Counted from the first letter of the stretch, positions 13,401 through 26,161 are shown. The stretch is DNA of 64,000 bases from Octopus sinensis (GCF_006345805.1 NC_042998.1:61752001-61816000); one strand, 5' to 3'. Numbers and translations: made by a program. The notes: a model not told the origin generated them from the letters alone.

Positions 13401-14203
13401 CCAAGAACAGTGAATTGATTTACCGTTTATGAGGTACAGCGTCAGACTTCCATATCAAGATATTGCGTGTCGCAGTTGAGATTAATTGAACCACTCGTTG
13501 TGTTTATCTTTCTCTTGATCTGAATATACTTCCAGACATGTTTCTGTAGCCGTTTTCTTCGTGGCGAGAATTTCACCTAACCGCTATAGTTGAATCTGTA
13601 GTTGTCTCGTGTACAATTTAAATCTTCGATGTTTGTCGATTGGTTCTTGCTGCTTCTTCATCAGATGTTCTGCTTGGTTATTGTTCTCTAGTTATAGATA
13701 TCTTGTAACCGTTTTCTTCATGGTGATATTTCACACTAACAGTATGTTAGGTATCTGTAACATCTTGTATTAATGGTGGTCGCTTGCCTCGAAACTGGAA
13801 CTTGGTCGAGTATTCTCTGTGTGGTCAGACTTAGCTCTTAAAAGAACTAAAAGCCTAAGAAGAGCTCTGTGTGGTCAGAGGTTCGCCCTGAGAAGGACTG
13901 GAAACCTAAGACGAATATTTTTTCTGAGAAACCTTGTTTTATAAGCTTCACCAGGCTCCCAGTGAACTTCAGAAATGGAAAGCTGTGATTGGCTGCTTGG
14001 ACTATGGCGCGAAAATAAGTCGAGACATTTTGCGCCAAGTTATAACCAGCGGTGCGAGCGTAGTAGAGACCAACGTGTCAGCCAATCGAATTAGTGTTTA
14101 CAACAATGTTAAACTAGCCAAAGCTGTTTGTAATCTCGACCGAGGTCATTCTTAATACTCTTCTCAAACAGTGAAGATAGCAATGAGAGACGATATTGCT
14201 ACA
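10444..14203. repeat. Tandem array of a ~1315 bp unit (~2.85 copies)
   Basis: The unit recurs at ~10485, ~11797 and ~13112. Copies differ mainly by small indels. The right edge is sharp at ...gatattgctaca. Confidence 0.95.
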
Positions 14204-14843
14204 CTATTATCATTTATTATTATTTATCTTTTTATGTATCATGTCAGATATCTTTTGAGCATTTCCAAATATATTTGTACGATTTTGATATATTACCGAT
14301 ATGTTATTGATACATTCTTGATATCTTACAACATCTTTCTAATATCACCAGTTTAAGCTGTCAGTATTTTACTACTTCTAATGCTCTTTCACTATTACGT
14401 CTTTTTTAAAAAATGATCCTTGTAAAACTCTATTTTTAAAAATGATTCTTACATAGCTCTATTCCTATAGAAACTTATACCTCTATACCAATTACTTCAT
14501 TTATTGTTAATTTGCTACTCCCTACTACTCCCTTTTATCACTTATATGTATATTTCTTTCTTTTATTTCTTTCCTCTTAATTCATTCCCTTTACTAATAA
14601 TCCATCACTCCAACTTGTAGTTACTTAATGACAGACCTATTGGATTTGTCATAGATAGATAAAAAAAACCTTTTTTAAAAAACTTTTAAAAGCTTTTAAA
14701 TATATAGAACTCAATCTATGGAGTAATAGTATATCAAATTATAACTGTTATGTACTCAAAAACAAGATATACACTTATAAGATGTAATGTATGTATGTAT
14801 ACATATGGATGGAAGTGCATGAATGTGTGCGGATACTATACAT

Positions 14844-14911
<68 letters not shown>

Positions 14912-15343
14912 TGAGGGAGATAAATTAATATAATTTTAATATCAATTTAAGACCAGTAGTCCAGCATACAAAAAATCTGAGAAGTCAGAGAAAATTCTAT
15001 ATATATATATATATATATACACATATATATATTATATATATATAATATATATTATATATATTATATATTATATATTTATACATGTATATATATGTGTGTA
15101 TGTGTGTATGTGTGTATGTGTGTATGTGTGTGTGAATGTGTGTGTATGAGTGTGTATGAGTGTGTATATATATATTTATATATGTACATATGCTTAAGTA
15201 TAGGTGGATATAGTAGTGTATGTATATGTTTACTAAGGTGTAACTGTAGATATGTGTGGAGATGTGTGTAAATCCATGTATTTAATGCTGTGTATTCAAT
15301 GCTGTGCATAATGAGGCATACTTGTATACGCTCGTTCATGTTA

Positions 15344-15386
<43 letters not shown>

Positions 15387-16088
15387 TGCGTGTATACACA
15401 CACATATACATATACTATAAACTTATAAAGCTAGTAGATTTTAGTGATGAGTTTGTGTAAACTGACCATTCATCACAATGATATCAAATTACAACCTCAA
15501 TCTGATTTCAACGAGTGGTCAAAATAAGAAATTATTTATGACCACCACCATCCCATCAAAGCCAAAATCTTATTCTCAGCCCTTTAGTATCTTATCTCTT
15601 TATCTCTTACTCTACTTTCTGTTCTTATTTCTTTTGTTTTTATCTCTTTTGTTACTTTATTCTAATTTGGCTCATTCTTATTTACATGTGGATATAGCTT
15701 TATTATCCTTATTTTTACTTTTATTATTTTTGCCTTTATTACTCTTGTCTTTTGCTTCTATTGTCTTTTACTTCCAGTACTCTTATTCTTTATTTCTTAT
15801 TTTTTATTTTTAACTTTTATTTTGTTTTCTCTTTATTTTTCTTCCTATCTTATGCAAGAGAATTAAATAAAAACTCAATCCAATCTATTTGAGATTCACT
15901 CTATGCTGATTGGTGATACAGTATTGGCAAATTTTCGAAATCTAATGAATCTGTATACATTTATACAGTTAGGCAATTATACAAGTATATTTTTTCAAGG
16001 AGATATGATAAACTTATTATAATGGGTAATACTACATGTACTCTTTATATTTTTCATATTGTGATGTAATCTTTGGACTAACAATGTT

Positions 16089-16181
16089 TGCGGCTGAAGA
16101 GAGCTTTAAACCATCTTTTATATCAATAATATACTGATGTAATAACGGATTGTTTATAAACCTTGAAACACGTGTACCGTG
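16089..16181 (+). ncRNA. Type I hammerhead with long stem II
   Basis: Stem I UGCGG/CCGUG; CUGAAGA; imperfect long stem II (gagctttaaaccatc / gattgtttataaacctt); GAAA; palindrome ACACGUGU; GUA. Confidence 0.65.
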
Positions 16182-16323
16182 ATATCCTTTGTGTTCTGTG
16201 TTCTGCATATATGGGCACAGAACGTCACAAACGGTGCAAATAATATGAAATACTTAAACAAATGAGTTAAATGCGTGAACAACGAGAAAAATGGAAAACA
16301 TGACAAGTAAACACACAGAGAGG

Positions 16324-16386
16324 ACCCTTCGTCGGTTGTCGGCTGTCTATCTACTCCTCATTTCGAGCATTCAACGACAATATGAG
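16324..16386 (-). ncRNA. Non-circularly permuted hammerhead candidate
   Basis: Minus strand reads CUCAU-A-UUGUCG uugaau GCUC-GAA-AUGAG (linker) CGACAA-CCGACGA-A-GGGU. All three stems pair. Confidence 0.6.
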
Positions 16387-16584
16387 TCTTCAAAGACAAT
16401 TCCTCCCATAAATTCTAAAATAAAATTGAAGATTTACGGAGTGAAGAAGTTGGGAAAACCTGACAGTGGAGAAATACAATGAAACCGAACGAAAACAAAC
16501 ATGGAGGCTCGTTAGACCAGAACGAGAGGAATATAATGAATGCTGGGAGAAATATATATATACATATATAGACACTACAGTACA

Positions 16585-16692
16585 TATATTTATACATACA
16601 TACATACATACATACATACATACATACATACATACATACATACATACGTATATACATACATACATACATACATACATACATACATACATACA

Positions 16693-16726
<34 letters not shown>

Positions 16727-16735
16727 CATTCATAC
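16585..16735. repeat. (TACA)n microsatellite
   Basis: Long tetranucleotide run. Similar runs occur at 17525-17650, 50305-50350 and 63060-63145. Confidence 0.95.
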
Positions 16736-16743
16736 ATACTACC

Positions 16744-17460
16744 TCCCACTTTGAAGGGTATGCGTTTGCAATCCAGGAACAGGAAATATCAACTAAGTAT
16801 CTGATGCACAAAAGATGCGGGAAAAGCCGTAAAATGTGACAACCGATGCAGACTTTGTGGAGTTCACACTGAAGATATTACCCACTTCATAAGCAGTTGT
16901 CCAAAAATGTCATCACGGTAATATCTACCGATGAGACATGACATTGTAGCTAGGACACTCTATAATGAAATCCGTCGGAAGGATAATCCCGAGCACAAAG
17001 ATATAAGAACCCACAATATGGTAGAAGCCAAAGCCACTCATAATAAAAAGGAATACTGGTGGAATATGCCAGTGAAGACCTCAACAAAGTGTAAGCACAA
17101 CAGACCTGATATAATGATTTGGGATAGAGAGGAGAAACTGTGCACAGTTGTGAAAACTAGCTGCCCAGCGGATGTTAACATAGAGCTGAAGGTCAGTGAA
17201 AAAGAGATTACCTACGCTGAACTACTGAGAAATCTGAAGTAACTCTATCCAGATTACAAGTTCATGTTTATATCTGTAATTATTGGGGCCCTGGGATATG
17301 TAACACGCTGCCTAAATTCCAATCTTGAGAAATTAGGCTTCTCAAAACCAAAAAGGGGAAAACTAATTCGATGACTACAGATCTAATCCATCACTGGAAC
17401 TATAAAAATCTGTAAAACTTTCCAGAGGTTTCTCATTTAAATCTATACGAGCGCGTCTAG
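16744..17460 (+). mobile_element. Non-LTR retrotransposon 3' fragment with restriction-like endonuclease (R4/Dong-like)
   Basis: CRLCG..HFISSCPKM..MRHDIVAR..HNRPDIMIWD..E.SCP..EKE..Y..GALG (CCHC plus PD..D/E RLE motifs), with stops and frameshifts. Confidence 0.85.
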
Positions 17461-17525
17461 ATATGCAAGTATATGCATGGGAATACATACATAAAGAAAA
17501 AACATATGAATCTACACATACACAC

Positions 17526-17556
<31 letters not shown>

Positions 17557-17730
17557 CATACATACGTACGTACGTACATACATACATACATACATACATA
17601 CATACATACATACATACATACATACATACATACATACATACGTACATATATATGGTCTATTGTTATATTTAATAAAATAGGATTCTCTTTGGATTTCATC
17701 ATATAACACACACACGCACACACTCACTCA

Positions 17731-17774
<44 letters not shown>

Positions 17775-18120
17775 TGTATATAACTTTGCATAAATAAATA
17801 CCCTGTTCTTGTGCATTTGTTTCAATGTCATGATATATTTTGTCTTTCCTCATTGCTTATAATTTTTTTTCACACTTTGAGAAACTGCATTATCTCTGAA
17901 ACAATTGTGATTCTGTAAATTATTTATATTTTTATCAAATATTATCTACTCTCACACATATTGAGTTCAACAAGTATTTTCGATTATTTTAGTCTCCTTC
18001 TTCAGATTCCCCGAACTCCTTATTGACTGCATATACATAGAAGTTAATATAAACATGAACTTATATACATGCATGTAGTCATATGGATGTGCTTTATCTA
18101 TCTATCTATCTATCTATCTA

Positions 18121-18187
<67 letters not shown>

Positions 18188-18244
18188 ATATATATCCAAA
18201 CAGGAAAACGGAAATTATTTTGGTATTATTTACTCCCCATTGAA

Positions 18245-19095
18245 GATGGCGAGCTGGCAGAGACGTTAGCACGCCGGTTAAAGTACTTAGCGGTATTTCG
18301 TCTGCCGTTACGTTCTGAGTTCAAATTCCGCCGAGGTCGACTTTGCCTTTCATCCTGTCGAGGTCGATAAATTAAGTACCAGTCGTGTACTGGGGTCGAT
18401 CTAATCGGCTTAATCCCTTTGTCCTTGTTTGTCCCCTCTATGTTTGGCCCCTTGTGGGCAATACTGAAATAAACGTTAGCACGCCGGGCGAAATGCTTAG
18501 CAATATTTCGTCTGTCTTTACGTTCTGAGTTCAAATTCCGCCGAGGTCGACTTTGCCTTTCATCCTTTCGGGGTCGGTTAAATAAGTACCAGTTACGCAC
18601 TGGTGTCGATGTAATCGACTTAATCTCTTTGTCTGTCCTTGTTTGTCCCCTCTGTTTAGCCCATTGTGGGCAATAAAGAAATAAAGAAATAAGAAACGTT
18701 AGCACACCCGGCGAAATGCTTAGCGGTTCTGAGTTCTGCCGAGGTCGACTTTGCCTTTCATTTTTTCGGGGCCGATAAATTATGTACCAGTTGTGTACTG
18801 GAGTCGATCTAATCGACTGGCCCCAATCCTCCAAAATTTCGAGCCTTGTGCCTAGAGTGGAAAAGAATATTAGTATTGTGGTAAGGCAGCAACTGGTAGA
18901 ATCGCTAACACGCCGGGCATAATGCCTATCGGTCTGTATGTTCTAAGTTTAAATTTCGCCTGGGTCGACTTTGCCTTTCATTCTTTCAGAGTCGATAAAA
19001 TAAATACCAATTGAGCACTGAAGGGTGGGGGTGATGCAATCGACTTAGCCTCCTTGCCTGAAATTGTTGGCCTCATGCTAAAATCTGAACCCAAT
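18245..19095 (+). mobile_element. Cluster of four family A SINEs
   Basis: Four consecutive head/core units joined at ...aaagaaat(a)-aacgttagcac. Confidence 0.9.
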
Positions 19096-19107
19096 ATTAG
19101 AGCTATC

Positions 19108-19466
19108 GTCGTCGTGGCACTTCGTCGGTTGCGACGACGAGGGTTCCAGTTGATCCGATCAACGGAACAGCCTGCTCGTTAAATTAACGTGCTGAGCACT
19201 CCACGAACACGTGTACCCTTAAGGCAGTTCTCGGAGGATAATCAGCGGGACACAGAGTGTTACAAGGCTGGCCCCTTGAAATACAGGTATAGCAGAAACA
19301 GGAAGAGTGAGAAAAAGTTGTAATGAAAGAGTACAGGAGGGTTCGCCACCACCCCCTGCCAGAGTTTTTGCTCAATAAATGCTCACAACGCCCAGTCTGA
19401 GAATCGAAACCTCGATCCTGCGAACGCGAGTCCGCTGCCCTAACCAGTGGGCCATTGCGCCTCCAC
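19108..19466 (-). mobile_element. tRNA-type SINE, family C
   Basis: Reverse complement matches 53497-53812 and 63360-63737. Confidence 0.85.
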
Positions 19467-19589
19467 ATTAGAATTATAGTTTTGTTTGGTCACTGAAATT
19501 ATTTGAAAACTATTTCTTACTCTCTAGAAATTATATTCTCTTTGAGAGCCATTAACGATTAAAGCGTTTTCTGTTTGTTTCAATGTATC

Positions 19590-19990
19590 GCTTTTACTTG
19601 TTTCAGTCATTTGACTGCGGCTATGCTGGAGCACCGCCTTTAGTTGAGCAAATCGACCCCGGGACTTATTCTTTGGAAGCCCAGTACTTAATCTATCGGT
19701 CTCTTTTACCGAACCGCTAAGTTACGGGGACGTAAACACACCAGCATCGGTTGTCAGGCAATGCTAGGGGGACAAACACAGACACACAAACATACACACA
19801 AACATATATATATATACATATATACCACGGGATTCTTTCAGTTTCCATCTACCAAATCCACTCACAAGGCTTTGGTCGGCCCGAGGTTATAGTAGAATAC
19901 ACTTGCCCAACGTGTAACGAAGTGGGACTGAAACCGGAACCATGTGGTTGGTAAGCAAGCTACTTACCACACAGCCACTCCTGCGCCTAT
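19590..19990 (-). mobile_element. SINE family B
   Basis: Full-length reverse-complement copy. Confidence 0.85.
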
Positions 19991-20522
19991 GTATGTTTGC
20001 TTTTTTTTTTTGCTTTTTGCTAGTTTTTTTTCTCAACTAAGGAAGAACATTTCAATCTCCCGAGCCTTTTTCGTCTCTGCCAGCAACCAGTGAATTGGCA
20101 GAATCGTTAGATCATCAGACAAATTATCTCGCAATATTTAATTTGACACTCGCGGCCCTTTGAGTTCAAATCTTCATCTTCGCTCTTCATTTTCTTTTTC
20201 TTCATGTTCAGTAGAGAAAAAGTGTCAATCCAGGGCGATGGATTGGTCTTACAATGAGAACGTGGACTAGATTCAGTATGGTATTTGTTCCGATTGTTTG
20301 CATTCTGAATTCAAATCGTGACATGGCTTATTTGAGATATAAATCAATCAATCTCACATAACCAATACGAAGTCAACGATGGTAGGGGGGATCTCAATGT
20401 GGCTGCTCGACATGCTAGAAATAACACCCAAATCACTTCCTCTGTAATCGCAACCTTCCGTCTTAGCAAATAGGGAAAGGAGAGATTAGACAAATTTGTT
20501 GCCCACTCTTTCTCTTCCTCTC

Positions 20523-20562
<40 letters not shown>

Positions 20563-21583
20563 CCTCTCCTACTCTCTCACACTTTCTCCTTCTTACTCTG
20601 TCATTCTTTCACTCACACACACACACACACTCTCTCTCTCTCCCTCTGTTATTCTCTCTCTTTTACTCCCTTACTGTTTCACATTCACTCTGTCTCTCTC
20701 ACACTCACTCACTAATTCTCTCTCCCACCCTCTCTCTTTCACTCACACTTTTACACTTATTCTCCCCTCTTCTCTCTCTCCCTCTTTCCATCTCTCTCTT
20801 CCTCTCTTTCTCGCTCTCTTTCTCTCTCTTTGTCATTCTCTCATAGTTTATAGATGCCCTGTAAAGTGTCATAGGCATTGTTTTCTCTCTTGATAAAAAA
20901 AAATGATACAGAAATAAACGGTCTGCATTATATTAAATAGATGCTAAATAAGTAGTTTTATGAAAGACTAAAATTCTACGGATTGTAAAAACGGTTGCAA
21001 GATAGCATTTGTTTAGAAAACTGGAAGAGAAAAAGTATAAATGTTTTTCTGTCAAAGAAGCATTTCAATAAAAGAAGGTTGATAAAAATGATCGTTGGCT
21101 TGTTAGATTGATTATAAAATAATGGCTGCGGCAGTAAAAAGCAATTATATGGAAAGGTGAAAGAAATCAATGAATGAAGATTTCTGTAAAATAAGGTGAG
21201 ACTATAATAGCTTCTACTATTGGTTACATAAAATAAGCAATTTTATAGCAGGCCAGAACATAATAACTTGCATCTACGATTGGCTATAAAATAAGCGACT
21301 GCGTGGAAAGCTGTAAGGTAATTTGTATAAACGACGGAATCAGTATTAGTACCAAAAGGCAATTTTGATAGCCAATTTAATGTGCCTTTCTGTACTGATA
21401 CGGTTTCTGTCGCCAATAAGTATTTTTTAATAAACCTGCCCGTTATTTGCAATATCAGTGAATGAAAAAAACGACTGAAACTCTATACATCGCAACAACG
21501 AGATTTGGTTAGTGTGCGGTCGGCTGGATGCATGCCACTGTGGAAGTTCAACAGACTGGAATTACGTGGTCAGGCAGTTCCGG

Positions 21584-21588
21584 TGGCA

Positions 21589-21631
<43 letters not shown>
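21584..21631 (-). pseudogene. Isolated 28S rRNA fragment (peptidyl-transferase centre segment)
   Basis: Minus strand agaggtgtcagaaaagttaccacagggataactggcttgtggc(t)gcca matches the conserved eukaryotic LSU sequence. The flanks are not rDNA. Confidence 0.85.
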
Positions 21632-22242
21632 CGGCGGACGCCCATTAACGACGGTTCTCGTCTCCTACGACTTATGTATGTGCTTTTATGCACCATATGT
21701 CTTTATGAGAGGACCTCTCAAGGCAAATGCCGCTGTATTCAGCGTTCTAACAAGGCATCCACAATAAGTTAGATATAAAGATTGCTGTAAGATAATGCTT
21801 TAAAATAGATGTGTTAAAATAATAGTTGCGTTTAAAATGGTAGGGAAATAAATATATTAATTTACACAATAAGTTTACTCAGAATATATCTGCACTTTTA
21901 ACTGTAGAGTAACATAACTGGTGAAAATCAACGAGGGAACCTCTTTGTGGCTGTTCGACATGCAAGAAAGAGCCCCGACCTTCCACCTTAGAAAAGCTGC
22001 AATGCAATGATACAAGAAAATATTTTGATTCCTAAAATAACCTGAAATAAGGGTGAAGGTATTTAATCACATGGGCCTGCCTGATCAGAGTTGACCTGGG
22101 CCTTAACAACAGCAACAGCAGCATCAGTGACAACGAGAACGATGACACAATCATATGTCATTCCAGCTGCGGTTGTTATATATATATATGCTCAAATACA
22201 CACACACATATATCTACTCACTCACACACACACACACTATAT

Positions 22243-22273
<31 letters not shown>

Positions 22274-22289
22274 ACATTCAGTATGCCAT

Positions 22290-22500
22290 GAAATATCACT
22301 GGATCTTCAAAAATTTAATATATGCCCTCAAACGCAGTAGATGCAGCGAAGAGCGAAGATTACATTGGATAAACGAAACTCACTTTAAGAATGAGATTAA
22401 CAATACGAGAACCCACTACTAGACAATCCCCAGTCCGTGAACATTTGGAACATAGGCCCGAAACCATACTTCTTAATTTTTGTGTGCGTCTTCCATTTAT
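22290..22500 (+). mobile_element. PLE GIY-YIG fragment
   Basis: SKNLIYAL..DYIG.TKLTLRMRLTI..PTTRQSPVREHL parallels the 45 kb PLE endonuclease. Confidence 0.7.
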
Positions 22501-22565
22501 CAATATATTATATATATTATATATATATATTATATATATATATATATATTATATATATATATTAT

Positions 22566-22623
<58 letters not shown>

Positions 22624-22706
22624 GTATGTATAGATAGTGTATGGATATATATTATATATATTATATTATAATATGATAGATAATAGATATAATACTATAT
22701 ATATAT

Positions 22707-22738
<32 letters not shown>

Positions 22739-22839
22739 GATATATAGATACATACATATCGTTGTTTGTGTGTGCACGCGGGGAGCGTATAGTATATATA
22801 TACACACACACACATCACCACACACACACACACATTTTC

Positions 22840-22928
22840 TTTTCCTGATGAGAATATTGCATTTTACACAGCCGTTTTATATTTCCTTTGGAATAAAACC
22901 ATGTTGTCTTCGAAACATATGTCGAAAG
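22840..22928 (+). ncRNA. Type I hammerhead, canonical core, long stem II
   Basis: Stem I UUUUC/GAAAG; CUGAUGA; G10.1-C11.1 with GAA/UUC; GAAA; palindrome ACAUAUGU; GUC (cut after 22923). Confidence 0.75.
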
Positions 22929-23401
22929 TGAAAGAATTTTATTAACATCTTCATTCATTCAACTCCATTTATTTATTTATTCATTATGAGACACACAAAT
23001 TACTGCACATTAACCCGGAGTTTTTGTACTTTTGGATAGGTCGCTTCAACCATGTTTTCTGACGTGAATTTGCTACCCTGGTAACGGTTCATTGAATTTT
23101 CCGTGTTAACGGTAAACATAGGATAATTCATTCACCATTGATATATGTATGTATGTATAGGTATATGTATATATATATATATATATATATCTATATATAT
23201 AATATAGTATATATTATATATATATGTATGATGTGTGTGTATTGTGTGTGGTGGTGTGTGTGTGTGTGTATCGCGAAACTGTTTTGGATTTCACGACGTC
23301 CATATATATAGTATATTTTATAAAAAATATATAAACTATATGAAACGAAGGCATTTCTCTTCCACTTTTTATATTTTTTCCACATATTTTCAACCCATAT
23401 A

Positions 23402-23432
<31 letters not shown>

Positions 23433-23433
23433 C

Positions 23434-23466
<33 letters not shown>

Positions 23467-23511
23467 TATATATATATAGATCAAAATAAGCAACAAGGAT
23501 ATCCAAGGTAA

Positions 23512-23608
23512 GTAGTACAATTGTTTCATGCTACTGTACTACTTCATTTTAAGATAAACTCTGTAAGTATTACATCAGTTTTAAAATGTCGAACAATCTT
23601 TCAGCCAC
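23512..23608 (-). ncRNA. Type I hammerhead, long stem II
   Basis: GUGG CUGA(A)AGA U UGUU...AGCA U GAAA CAAUUG UA CUAC, with one extra A in the core. Confidence 0.6.
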
Positions 23609-23860
23609 AATAGAATTTTTCAATTAAAACGGACAATGCACATACCTATACTTATCTCATTTGACAAATTACAAGAGGGTAGATATAAGACAGAGAGATT
23701 AATTTCATCATTAAGAACATGATGGTAGAATGAACATACTACCATCATGTTCTAATGATGAAATTAATCTCTCTGTCTATATATCTACCCTCTTTGTAAT
23801 GTTGTAAATGAGATAAGTATAGGGTATGTGCATTGTCCGTTTAATTGAAAAATTCTATAT

Positions 23861-23943
23861 GTGGCTGAAGATTGCTCGACATTTTAAAACTGATGTAATA
23901 CTTACAGGGTTAATAAATGAAGTAGCATGAACAATTGTACTAC
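23861..23943 (+). ncRNA. Type I hammerhead, long stem II
   Basis: GUGG CUGAAGA U UGCU...AGCA U GAA CAAUUG UA CUAC. One A of GAAA is missing; the consensus of the two arms is canonical. Confidence 0.6.
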
Positions 23944-24193
23944 TCTAACCTTGGATATCCTTGTTGCTTATTTTGATTATAATCACCCCATTTTATTTTG
24001 GGATAATACCATACAAACTTCTGTGTGCCTTTAACTTAAGTACCATATTCATCTGAATCAAAATGTTGCTGAACTTATATATTATATATTATATATATAT
24101 ATAATATATATATATAATATATATATACATACATATATGTACATACTTACATCTATACGTATATATATATATATTATATATATATATATATAT

Positions 24194-24239
<46 letters not shown>

Positions 24240-24382
24240 TATATATATATGCATATGTGGGTACAGGACGTCACGAAAACGTGTACAACAAAAAATATAC
24301 GAAGTAGAGTACATGGCAGATGAACTGATTTTTCGAACAACGAAAGACACAAATGGAAAACCAGTCAAATAACATAAAGAAC

Positions 24383-24447
24383 GACCCTTCATCAGTTGTT
24401 GGCTGTTTTTCTACTCTCATGTTTCGATCGTGTAATAACAATATACG
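24383..24447 (-). ncRNA. Non-circularly permuted hammerhead candidate (same family as 16324)
   Basis: CGUAU-A-UUGUU auuacac GAUC-GAA-ACAUG (linker) AACAA-CUGAUGA-AG-GGUC. The host element 24250-24600 is homologous to 16203-16560. Confidence 0.55.
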
Positions 24448-25273
24448 TTTTCGATAAAGCAGTTTCTCCCGCAAAGCAAATTAAATAAAATTTGGGATTT
24501 TGCGGAGGATCAAAATAGGTAACACAAACAGGACAGTCAAAACAAACAGGAAGGGCTGCTAAGCCTAAACGTGGTTGTGGTGGTGATGATATATTTGTGT
24601 GCGTATGTGTGTGTGTATGCATATATGTATATGTGTGTGTATGTACATATAACAGGCAACGTTAGGTAGTATATTTTTGTACTCATGAGTTATTTTAGGA
24701 AATATACCATATATAAAAAACAATTATGATTTGGTTTGATTTGATTTGAACAAGAGCTGTGGCCATGCTGTGGCACCGACATTTAGTGTTGCTACATAAT
24801 TTCACTTCACTAATTCTTTTTAGAAATTGACGTTTGGTGCATGAAGGAGTTTAACCTAAGTTTTTATCAAATTTCTTAGTGCTTATAGAAAATGAAGAAA
24901 TGAGTACTAACTGTCGAAAGTATGTTATTTATTACCTTAGAATAAAATTTAATTAAACAAATTTCTCATTTATAAAATTCTCATGCCATTTATTACTTTA
25001 TCTTTTCTGTCTCCTCAGTTCTCGCCATCCTTTTATCACACTGTCTGTAGAGTGTTGCCACCAAGTCTAGTAGGTGCACTCTCCTGCACCATTTATATTG
25101 GTCTATTCCCCGTGTCTCTCTTTTACTCCCACCCCTCTCCCCTCTCTCTCTTTCTTACTCTCTCCTTTCTATATGGTGTAAAGGTGAGCGGAGAATTCTA
25201 GTTTAGATATATATAATTCTAGTTTTAAATATATATGTATATATATATAGTATAATTCTAGTTTTATTTATAT

Positions 25274-25308
<35 letters not shown>

Positions 25309-26161
25309 TATAATTTCAACAATTGAGGGCAAAAGGCATTAATTAATTATTAATCAATTTCACCAAGTGTTCAGTATGCAAAGGGACCATTCAAGGCGAA
25401 TTCAAATTATTACATTATATAAAAGTGCTTAGTAAAAATATTTACTTTGCCGCATACCTGAACTCATTAGAAATAGCAGCTAAAAAACTTTTTTAAGGCT
25501 ATTTCTAATCTTAAAAGAAAATCTCTCTCATATATAGTGTTTTGCATAATTAACTCACAAAAGTTTTGGGGGTAATGACAATCGAAAAATCAAATGCTAA
25601 GGTTATTCGAGAACGTACGTTTAAGATTAGTCAAACAACATTTCTATCATCGGCTCGGAAATTCCTTGGTTTGGATTTGGAAACACTGAAAATAAGAACA
25701 TACCCTCTCGAAGATCTGCTCCCAACTAACAGTGTCCAACATTCAAAATAAGCAAGCGAAGAATCTCTGTTCTCCCCCTTCTCTTTCCACCAGCGTGGGT
25801 TAAAATCATCAACTCTATGCTTATTTCGGTAAAGTCCGAAGCATTAATCAGAGGGAGATTAATTATAATTCATCAACAATTGAGGGCAAAATTAATTATT
25901 AATCATTTCATCAATTCACCAGTGTTCAGTATGCAAAGGGACCATTCAGTCAGGCGAATTCAAATTATTACATTAGAATAAAGGGCTTAGTAAAATAAAT
26001 TACTTTGCCGCATACTGAACTCATAGAAATAGCAGCTAAAAAACTTTTTTAAGGCTATTTCTAATACTTAAAGAAAATCTCTCTCATATATAGTGTTTGC
26101 ATAATTTAACTCACAAAAGTTTGGGGGTAATGACATCGAAAAATCAAATGCTAAGGTTATT

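Larger units (their letters stand above)
23479..23979. repeat. ~500 bp palindrome of an HHR-bearing PLE terminal repeat
   Basis: Arms are reverse complements around aacatgatggtag-aatgaacata-ctaccatcatgtt. Confidence 0.9.

Noticed and set aside
14204-14800. AT-rich non-repetitive stretch after the 1.3 kb array
   Set aside because: No ORF, motif or clear homology; may be low-quality consensus.
17960-18020. HHR-like CUGAAGA...GAAA on the minus strand
   Set aside because: Stem II and stem III are poor, and stem I pairs only with a 7-nt offset.
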